64,000 nt of DNA from Mytilus edulis. Its lineage: Eukaryota. The notes below the pieces were generated by a model that was not told where the DNA came from, searched no databases, and saw only the letters and a program-made list of their open reading frames with translations. Numbering within the stretch: position 1 is the stretch's first letter; the number at the start of each line of letters is the position of its first letter. The DNA is taken from assembly GCF_963676685.1 (NCBI RefSeq), contig NC_092348.1, positions 95,728,001-95,792,000 of the forward strand, written 5' to 3'. Both the position numbers and the translations under genes were made by a program. This document shows, in pieces, positions 28,401 through 38,400 of the stretch.

Positions 28401-31400
28401 TGTGATACAGTTTAGATTAAATTTTGAGTTTTCTGCTTTTCTCTGAGGCTTAAATTAAAATATTGTTTGTTTGCAGTTTACTGACCGACCCTTGAAAATC
28501 CTCCCGACTGTGAAAATTTTATTGCTTTAAATTTGAAGAAATTTTTTTTAATACTTCTATTGACGCGATCCGGAACTTTGTGTCCTTTCCGGAAATGATT
28601 TAAAGTCTGGGTCAATTACGCATTTCAAGTTCGGTTTTTCTTAGCTTCCCGTCAAGCGTTCATGTGACCATTTAATGATAAAGCACATGGAAATTGTTTA
28701 CAGGTATCCATGAAGTCACGGAGGAGTACTTTTAATAGGCTGTCGTCTCGTGTCAATTTTAAGACAAATAACAAACAAAAAAGTTTATTAGTAAACTGTT
28801 TATAACAGGCTATTATTTAAACTTGGAATTATTTTTAATTATGGAATTTGCTTAATTTCTTCTGTTTAAAATTATAATAAATTTCATGTGTATTTGGCAT
28901 TATAATCTTTTGAGCGGTTGATAACACTTTCCATACAATGTATTTTGGTTAGATTGTGTTGTGCACGGCACAGTACATTCTATTGAAAATATAATATTTT
29001 CTTTGTAATAGAAAGTGTTGTGCGCAGCACAGAAGATTTCAGTATAGAATAAACATGGAATTTATTAAAAAATTCAATAACAAGAAATCAAGCAAATTCC
29101 ATAATTAAAAATAATTCCAAGTTCAAATAATAGCCTGTTTTATACAGATTCAGGCACATGTAATGATGTGTGATGATATCATTGACGATGATGCAGCGGA
29201 TATTCATAACTGACACGATAACCATTATGTTTCGAACAAATCAAGTACAGAATCTGTGGAGCCTGACTTTATGGAACCAATTTCAGTGGTTAAATAAATC
29301 GACAGCAGCTTGAAGTATGGCATATTTTCTACAAATCGTTGTGAAGACGACAAAGATGAAACCACTCCTCCGTGACTTAAATCTTCATGGATATCTGTAA
29401 ATACGCCTGTACGGAGGAAGGGCTCATTTGAAATGTTAATGGATATAGATCATGCCAAATCAATAAGAAGCAACCCTAACTTCACAAAGATGTAGAGAAA
29501 ATGAATGGTTAGCTTGAAAAATAAATATACTCTCTCTATATTAAATCTATCTTTGATTGCAATGAGTATGCTCCTTTAGGATAAGGGGGGCTGCCCCACT
29601 CATTGCAATTATTCTCTTTCTTACAATATTAAATATACCCAAACTGTGTGGCCTGTGTGAATTCAATTAAAACATGTCCTTAGGAGCTATGCTGCCAATT
29701 TTTTTTATGCATTAAAAACATTTCAGTACAGACCATTTACTTTTAATGGGGTGCTATGGATTTCACCCCAAACTTTAGATTTCTTTGGTTTTCATTAAAG
29801 CCTGGCAAAAATATAACCTTATCACATATAATTAAATATTGTTAGAAATATGATAACAGTCGAATGTCTTCATACTTTTTTTTCAAGTTGCCTTTTTTTC
29901 AATTGAGGAAGGTACAATGGTTAATTTTTTTTTATTAAAAATACACTCTTTAATACATTGTCTTATAAATCTTTAATATCTACATTTTTCTGATGAAAAT
30001 ACTCTACTCATGAAAACATTCTAGTCAAGAAGCATATACACATGTCTGAATATATTTCTTTAAAACAGTTCTAGTCATAATGACATTCCTTGTTTATAAG
30101 TGTTCCAGTATTTAATAATTATACCATATTTTATGTCATAAATTGGATAATGACACTATGTTAAAGTTTCAGTTTTGGTTAAAAAGTTTTTTTATCTGAA
30201 AATGCCTGTTCATTTGATGTTGGTTTTCAGCATGTCCAGTGTTTGTTGTTTTAAAATGTTTTTTTTTTTCTTCACAAGAAACTTGGTTTAGTGTAACTGC
30301 TTGTTTAAACTGTATTTTGGCTGATAAAATAAAATATTTTTCCTACCTACCGACCCTTCAGTCTGAAGGTACAGTCGGAAAACTGCAAACAAACATATTT
30401 TTAAGGTTGGCCTGACTTTAATACAACTGAGCACTTAGCAATATAAGTTTTGAAGTTGCAATTTATTTTACTTAATCATGATTATGTTCATTAAATAGTA
30501 TTAATTAGGCAATCAAGGAACCTTTCGTGAGCAATCTCACATTGTCACTAGGCAACAAAATATCACCAGATTTATAAAATCACATTGACTCATAACTCAT
30601 ACAAAAGTCAACTAATCAATATTTTTTTTAATATGGAAATGTATATCATTTTGTCCTCAATAACTACAAAGTTTGTTGTGGTTTGTGACAAACTATTGCA
30701 GTTTTAAATACAGGACAAAATTACAAATATCTTTTTAAAATTTTAATTCATTTATACATTGTATATGTCATGTATGTTAGAGTTTAGTATCAGGTCTATT
30801 TTCATTAGTACAATTTTGTTCAGGGGCTAGCTGAAGCTGAAAGTTCCTGTCTCAATAGACAACTTTCAAGTTTGTTGCATTTCAAATAAAGTTTGGTTTT
30901 AGTTAACATCGTTTATGCATTCACTTCCTTTCCATACGCGAGCTCCATGTCAAGCTACAATGTAGTTGTTCAATAAATATGACGCTAACTTGCAGAATGC
31001 ACATTTTTTTTGGAAATTAAATATGTATAATTGATCATGAGCTTTGCTGTCATTAGGGAATTGTGATTAAATTCCTACAGAACAAACATTATTTCTAGTT
31101 TATTCTGCATAATGACAATTTGAAGAAGCTTAATTGATAATAAGATAAACTTCAACAGTGCAGGGATACTCTATCTGGTAAATGAAGTCATAAACAGATA
31201 AAAGCTTGCATTGTTGACGATATTTACCGGTTAAGGAAAGACCCAAGAATCTGCAACGATAATGCAATTGAACTATTGACATTGACCATACAACTATCAC
31301 TTTTCCATTGTGGCGTCAGACCATTTGTATTTTGACGTCACGACTCAACATTTTTTGGGAACCTTTGTGATGTCCATTAATGAGGGACAAGAAGCATATA

Positions 31401-32416
31401 TACTGACAAGAGGTTATCTCAGTACATAGAACCTCCAGTTATGGTAAAAGATCCTTTAGATTTGAGGCAGCACAAGTATGGAACTCACTTCCTAATGAGG
31501 CTCGACTCATGACTTCTTTTGACCAGTTTAGGAATTATATAAATTCCTGGTGTGGGGGTCAAAAATGTTACTGCAGTTCATGTCGTTTCCACCCAGTGCT
31601 GTCTCAAAGCTGAAATTTCTTTCTTTCTTTTTATAATGGCCTTTTGCTCTGCTTTTTATGCATTTTTATGCATTTTTTTTTTTTTTAATATATCTGCCAT
31701 TAAATGCTAGTGCTTATATTTATTTATTTATTGTTTTCATGCTTTTAGTCTGTTATATTTTATGATCCCAAGTGATTTGCTGATTCCCCCGTTTCAATGC
31801 ACATAGAGGCGCTTGCCACATGAACTTTGACTCTGGAGACTCACAAATCAAATAGAGTTGCTTTCATTATATTGCATGTTTTTTTAGTTTTATTTGGTAG
31901 TATTTGCATGATGCTGCATGTTTTTTATGTGATAGTCGGTTAAAGAGCTCACCAGAGCTCATGTTTTCTCTGTTATTGTGTATATATATGCCGACTCTAA
32001 ATAAAATTTACTTACTTACTTACTTACTTACTTACATGTACCTCACTATACTTCAAGTACTTGTCACTGTCAGTATTAACTTTATACCAATCAGGTTCAA
32101 AATATAAATCAATAATCAGTTTGCAAGTCAAAAATTTATATTTCCTTTGTCGTTATATGAAGATAAATCGGTGTTATAACATAAGGTCTTAACCTTCCTT
32201 TATACCTGGTGAGAAAGTGGACTTTGATCAGAAACTGAGAAAGAGTAAACTTTTTCAATAGTAACATGTAGTTGAAAAGGGTTATGAAACTTAAGATTAT
32301 AATTCTTATAAAAATAATTGTGATGTACTCATAAAAGTCTTATCATTTCCTCATTAAACTAACTTCTTGAAGGTGAAAATATGATTTTGAAAAGTCCTCC
32401 TTATGGAGGCAGCCAT
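16496..32416 (-). CDS. ECI2: Enoyl-CoA delta isomerase 2 (ACBP + crotonase domains), 10 exons, 393 aa
   Basis: GT-AG exons, all phase-consistent: 32364-32416, 28140-28293, 26028-26126, 24826-25011, 24081-24153, 23407-23509, 22885-23005, 21828-21917, 20753-20896, 16496-16654 (1182 nt). ACBP motifs [12 protein letters not shown] and GKAKWDAW. Crotonase motifs [41 protein letters not shown]-terminal SKL. AATAAA about 25 nt after the stop. Confidence 0.95.
17085..18162 (+). mobile_element. Helentron/HINE-like element with about 6 internal tandem units of about 160 bp
   Basis: Repeated aaggggcataactc...aaacttgatctg..ttttgtggtaataagcattgtgtataagtttc. 3' hairpin gcccctctgctatggtgggggc plus A tract. 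Related copies at 19855-20447 and, reversed, about 33280-33568. Confidence 0.65.
18661..19443 (+). mobile_element. Non-autonomous Helentron-type element
   Basis: Starts actagaggctc...gtcgctcacc and ends with a perfect hairpin agctcacttggcccaagggccaagtgagct followed by A tract. Confidence 0.7.
19919..20163. repeat. 35-bp minisatellite, 7 identical copies, inside a Helentron-like unit
   Basis: Unit ggtaataagcattctgtgtagattttataccattt. Confidence 0.95.
26730..27344. repeat. 19-bp minisatellite, about 32 copies, in ECI2 intron 2
   Basis: Unit aacttacatgggt(t/g)aggct. Confidence 0.95.
28447..30412. mobile_element. Non-autonomous DNA transposon, PIF/Harbinger-like
   Basis: Imperfect TIRs of about 40 bp (ggcttaaattaaaatattgtttgtttgcagtttac / aaaactgcaaacaaacatatttttaaggttggcc) with a 3-bp TGA duplication at 28444-28446 and 30413-30415. 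Confidence 0.7.
31428..32036 (+). mobile_element. 5'-truncated LINE (CR1/L2-group-like): ORF2 C-terminus, 3' UTR and (TTAC)n tail
   Basis: 31428-31613 translates [26 protein letters not shown]...CYCSSCR...*, a typical LINE ORF2 end. AATAAA followed by (ttac)n at about 32000-32036. Confidence 0.75.
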
Positions 32417-32453
32417 TTTCAAACAACCGCGCCACCTATCGACCATAATCCCA
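32417..32453. promoter_or_regulatory. 37-bp spacer between the divergent ECI2 and CDYL start codons; core of a putative bidirectional promoter
   Basis: CAT at 32414-32416 and ATG at 32454-32456 each splice in frame to a downstream exon. Start contexts are GAAAATGGCTGCC (minus) and CCAATGGCGG (plus), resembling YY1/TISU-type motifs. Confidence 0.75.
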
Positions 32454-35400
32454 ATGGCGGAAAACGAAGTTTACGAGGTAAAAAAAAACCTGAGATCTTT
32501 ATAAACAACCAATTTTGGAACGCATATGACAAGTTAAGGAGATAGATATGTTTTCTACATGATCAATTTAAAGCAAGACTAGTAAATCTGCATAAAGATT
32601 TTTTTTCTTTTTATGTTTCAGCTGTCAGTTTTGAAAAAGGTTCATCCAATTACCTAAAATAAACCGGTAGCTACACCAGTCTTATGTAACATTATTTACT
32701 TAGAGATAAAGTTTTGTATGAATATTAGAAGAAAAAATAAGGCTTTAAAAAATTTTGTTTTTAGAACTTCTAATTATCCTGTAACTTCTTCATATTTTAG
32801 TCTAATAATTATCTTTTATGAACAAGTTGCTAATTATTTTTTATATCAAATAAATTTGTAAGTTAACAGAATATCCCTTATTCTGTTATTTGATAGTTGT
32901 GTCATTATATGAATTTTGTCATGAAATGACCTTAGATCCGTCTCTGAAGAATTGTCATTTAAAATGTATCGATACCTTATTAAAAAAAAGAAATGGTATG
33001 AATGGTATGGAAAATTTTGCGGGAATATTTTTATTTTATTAGTGAATAATTTTTATCAATAAAATTTTGAAATTTATGTTCTATTTAACCTTTGAAATTT
33101 CTTTATAAAAGTACATCATTTATGTACATGTAAATCAATAAAAGAGCTTCAACGCATAAACTCACATGTTTTCATTTATTCTTCAAATGTATTGTTATAA
33201 TTTTTAACCTTCTATGAAATAACTGAATTTTTTCCTGATAAATATCATGTATTTGATGGTTCTGCGATCCCAAATATTTTTATGCTCCTGGCTGCTGTAG
33301 CAGAGGGGGTGCATTCAGTTTTACCCTTGTCCCTCCGTTGGTTTCTGTACTCTAACTTCTAACTCTTGTACATTAGCCACAACCAACTGTTATGAAATTT
33401 GATTGCTGATTAATATTTCAAAAAAAAGATCAAGTTGTTTTTTTAGGGGGTGTCACTTTTATTGTTCTAGAGTGGTTCTAAAGTTCCTCTTTACACATAG
33501 AAAATTTGTTGATTTTTTTTCGTTTATGATATCTGACGTTAGTTTGCCTCAACCAAATGCTATGAAACCGGTACCTCGAATGACCGAATAACACTGTTAA
33601 TATGCGAATAACACTTTTGTGACGGAATAACACTTGAAATATTAATATTAGCACATATTTGTGACTTTTAAACATTGATTATTAAATAATAATATATTAT
33701 CGATGTATTTTATAACTAAAAATTGATTTACAGAAAGCAGATAAGTTCATCAAGATCTTTTTAAATTTAGTATGTGCATCCAACATGGTGACCACGGAAA
33801 TCAAAATGGCCGCCATGTTGGAAACCTTCAATTTCTGGGTTATGTATGTTAAAATGTTCTATGTTCCGATATATGCGTGAGATGTCTGTCATTGGACATT
33901 ATCCAAATATCATCATCCTATGCATGTATTGTTACAAGACGGGGGTGTTATAAAAGTAACGGTATTTTTACAAAGTTAACACACTGGTTACTATATTCTG
34001 GGTAAATTCTACTATAGAGCTGTCAACTCTGGTGTCGAGTTACAAACTAAGTTATACTGGTAGCGTAGCTGGCAAAATGGTCAAAGCACTGGTCTAAATA
34101 AGGTAGCTCAGCCTCAGAAACTTATTAACATTGACTTACTTACTTCATGTACAACAGATAACAACATCAAATTAAGCTTTACAATTTATTATATACAAAA
34201 CATTCAATACTATAACAAGCATAAACCACATAAAAACCCACCAGAGCACTTAATAAAATATACAGAGACCCCCCTTTTTGGTAAGTTATTCGTTTGTCAA
34301 CAACGTAGTAAAAACGTATTTGGTTTGCTCTGGTAATTTCTTTGGTATCAGGAGTGACTGCCCTGGTAGCGGCCTGCAGGCCATCTGAAGACTGTTGTGC
34401 ACTCGCTTTTATACATCTGTCCCACCAACGTCTCGTGCCCCTATGGAGAAATTACGTTATGCTAATTGGATGCTGATCTCAGGTCATTAGGTCAATGACG
34501 TCAATAAAAAATAGTGATGCAAATGGCGCCGATCGAAACGTTGACACTCTGTCGAGTCAGGAAATGGACAAACGGAACTTATCTAAGCTTACTCTAAGCA
34601 TGTATGGGCCCCGGTTACAATATTCATGACTGCCTTACACTAATAAGATAACAAGGTACAAATGTAATAAAGGGGTAAAGTGTGAAATAAGGGAAACCAG
34701 AAGGTGGGAACAGTTGTTCAGTCAGGGGACCCCCATGGTCGAACAGTGAAGACGAACTCTATATTATTATTCCCAGAGACCTTACTAACAATATTTACAT
34801 CCAATTACAATATATAAGTCTTCACAATGTTCATCAAATGTCTGTATACGAGTTGGCTAACAGTAAACGAAGAACGTGAAAATACTCTTTTGTTCCGACG
34901 TTGGAAAGTTCCAGGCGGAAAGAACTAGCTAGCCGAAAAGTTCCGGAGGAACTTATTAACTAGTTACTTTGTTCAAAGTGACAAGTTGAAAAGTTCCAAC
35001 GTAACATATCAACTAGTTAGAAAGTTCCTATTTCCCAAATTAGTCAAAACCGGAACTAACAAACTAGCCCAAAAGTTCCAACGGAACTTATCAACCCGTC
35101 ACAAAGTTCCATTTGGAGAATTGATGCAAAGTAAAAGCACAACATATTATATTAGAACCTTTCAAAGGGGAACCAAGATACTGATTACAAAAGTCAAAAG
35201 GAACTAGTCACAAAGTTCCTCTTTGACAAATTAGTCAAAACCGGAACTAACAAACTAGCCCAAAAGTTCCTCCTCATTTGGATACTTTTAAAAATATCAA
35301 TTTCAGATTAATGTATAACAATAAATTAGAACTTTTTCCGTTATTAAGGCAACATTCTGACCGAATAAACTAGTTTTTCTGTTCCACCAGAACTATTCAA

Positions 35401-38400
35401 CTAGCTACATTGTTCCGGGACTTTTCAACTAGCTACTTTTTTCAGGAACTTTTTGACTGCACTCGGAATAAAACAACTAGTTGGAAAGTTCCATCGTAAC
35501 AAAATAACTAGTTGAAAAGTTCCGCCAGAACAAAGTAACTGACGGAACATAGCGGCTGTTACATGTTTACTGAGTATATATGTATAGCCCGAAAGAGTCG
35601 TATGTACAAACCTACAGCTTACTCCCTACACTGTAACAGTATCATACTTTACTTACACAAAACTATGATTTTTCCAAGAAAATTGACAATAATAATTGCA
35701 GTAACTTGACTATATCATGTTTATTATATATTCAATTTTCTAATTTTAGCTCTGGTATTAATTAAATTGTTTTAAATCGGAAAATACATTTAGGGCTAAA
35801 TATAAATTATTGATTTTTTAGGTGGAAAACATATTGGAACAGAGAGAGGTTGATGGACAACTGCAGTTTTTTGTCAAGTGGAAGAATTTCAATGAAGACT
35901 GGAATACCTGGGAACCAGTAGACAATTTGTTGGATTGTTTTAACTTAATCCTTGAATTTCAGGAAAAGCAACATGATACTGTTACTACCAAAACAAATGT
36001 TGAAAAGTCAAAACTGGCTAGAAAAGAGGCATTAAAGATTGTGAAGAAAGCCAAGAGATTGAACTCTGGTAGTGATAATATTAAGAAAGCTTTACTGAAG
36101 CATGCAGCTATTGTTAAAAATGAGGATGTTAGCCTTAACCTATCAGTGGACACAAGCGTGCTTACTTCTACCCCATTTAAGAAGTCACCTAAATCACCTA
36201 AGTCACCTAAATCACCTAAGTCACCAAAATCACCAACACAATCACCAAAATGTTCACCTAAACCCAGAAAGTTGGAAGAAGGGGTATCAACACCTATTAC
36301 TACAACTAAAAGGACTCCAAAGAAACCTTCCAAACTTGAAGAGTATTTTGATCCATCAAAAATGTTTATTAAAAGTTCTAGTAAAATATTGTCAAATGGT
36401 GTTCAGAGTTCAAAGGTTAACTCTCCAAGTGTTTTAAGAACTTTACTTACCACTAGCCTCCCTGTTCCTACGAAACAAAGTAAAATTAACAGTCCTTGTA
36501 TGCATGCTAGTGTAAAACTGAAGAAATGCACAGTGAGTTCAGTGACATTAAACAGTAGCAAAACCACAGATGCATTGCAAAGTGACAAAGAAAGTGACCA
36601 AATAACTCAGAATAAATCTGATAACTCTCAGAGTAGTACAAAAATAAAAAGAAAATACACAAAAAGATCAGATCAGGAATTACTGGGAGGAAATAAAAAG
36701 AAAACCTCTAAAGTTGGAAACAAAACTAAAAGTACAAGTTTGAAGAATAATCTTAAGAAATCGCTAGGAGGTAAAACTTTAAAAACATCAGATAAAAACT
36801 TTAAAATGAAGAAAACAGGGAATTTGTTGGTAGTTAAAATGAGACCAGCTATCAAAAAGGAAAAGAAAAGTGAATTAAGTGCTTCAAGTCAGAGCGAGTG
36901 TTCTGAAGCTGAAACAAAAGATATAACTTTACAAGATATGAATAACAGTGCTGCACAGGAAAAAGTCCACACAGAGATTCAGGCTTCTCAAGGAGAGAAG
37001 AAAATTGTGAAGAAAAAAATTATATCATTGAAAGTAAAGAAAGAAAAGTTAAACAAAGAAGGCAAAAAGAAAGAGAAAAAAATCAAAACAAAAGATCAGG
37101 CAGATGGGAAAAAAATAAAGAAACAAAATATGAATGAAGGGAAAAAAGTGAAAGTGAAAAAGAAAAACAAAGAAGATGGGAAGAAAGAAATAAAAGTAAA
37201 AGGAGTAAAGAGGAAGTTGGAAGATTGTATTGAAATCATAGACACTGAGTCTGATGATGATGTTCAAGTCAAATTTTCTTTATCTCCAAAATCTAAGAAA
37301 GCTAAAACTGACAATTCACCAAAAAGACCAGAAAATGAGAAAAAGATGGAGAGTCCTAGCAAGATAATAAAAGAAATGGGTAAAAAGACTCTGCAGGTGA
37401 AAGTTCGTCCAATGGAAACGACATCATCCAATATAAAGAAGATGAGATTAATTGATGCAGTAAAACCTCACCCTGGAGTCTCAAAATCAGGTACATGTAC
37501 AGTAAAACCTCACTCTGGTGTCTCAAAAATCAGGTACAGTAAAACCTCGCCATAGTCTCAAAATTAGGCACAATTATAAAAACTCCCTGAAGTCTCAAAA
37601 TCAGGTACAGTAAAACCTCACCCTAGAGTCTCATAATCAGGCACAGTGAAAACTCTCCCTGGAGTCTCAAAATCAGGTACAGTAAAACCTCACCCTGGAG
37701 TCTTAAAATTAGGTTCAGCAAAACCTCACTCTGGAGTCTCAAAATCAGGTACAGTAAAACCTCACCCTGAGGTCTTAAAATCAGGTACAGTAAAACCTCA
37801 CCCTGGAGTCTCAAAATCAGGCACAGTAAAACCTCATCCTGGAGTCTCAAAATCAGGTATACAACCTTTTTGTATCAAGTTGATACATACAGCTGACATA
37901 TAGATTCTGTTAAAATAAGTAAAAGATGTTTCGACAATGTTTTTCCTTATAATTAGATGTACATATCTTAGAGTCATGATAGAACTTATTAGGAGAGTCA
38001 TTTGAATGGCTTTAATATCCATGATCCTGATGATGAAACATTTCAAATTTTTATCATATTGATAACACAACTAAGGCTCATACATTTAGAGCATTCTAAA
38101 GGAATATAAAAAAAAATACAAAAAGATTTATGCTGCTTTCTTATATCTGATGCTGAATTGCACCAAGCTGTTGGAAATATTGTCATGATATTTACATCAT
38201 AGTCTAGCATTTTGTTTTTCTGTACTTTCTAAATAATTTTGTTATGCTTGCAGATATTAGCTGATCTTTAGGATTTTTGTTTTCTTTTTCTTAATATATT
38301 TTAAACTTTATTATTTTATATTTACAGCAATTGTTCGACCAGTATCACCAACTCCTGTGTTCACATCAGTCAAGCCTATAATGTCTACTACACATGCTCG

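Noticed and set aside
35822-37555. 577-aa ORF as a standalone chromodomain protein
   Set aside because: It begins with GTG right after a splice acceptor, lacks the first cage residue and runs past the donor at 37490; it is CDYL exon 2.
35959-37903. Antisense or alternative-frame ORFs over CDYL exon 2 and the 36-bp repeat
   Set aside because: Shadow ORFs of low-complexity coding sequence and tandem repeat.
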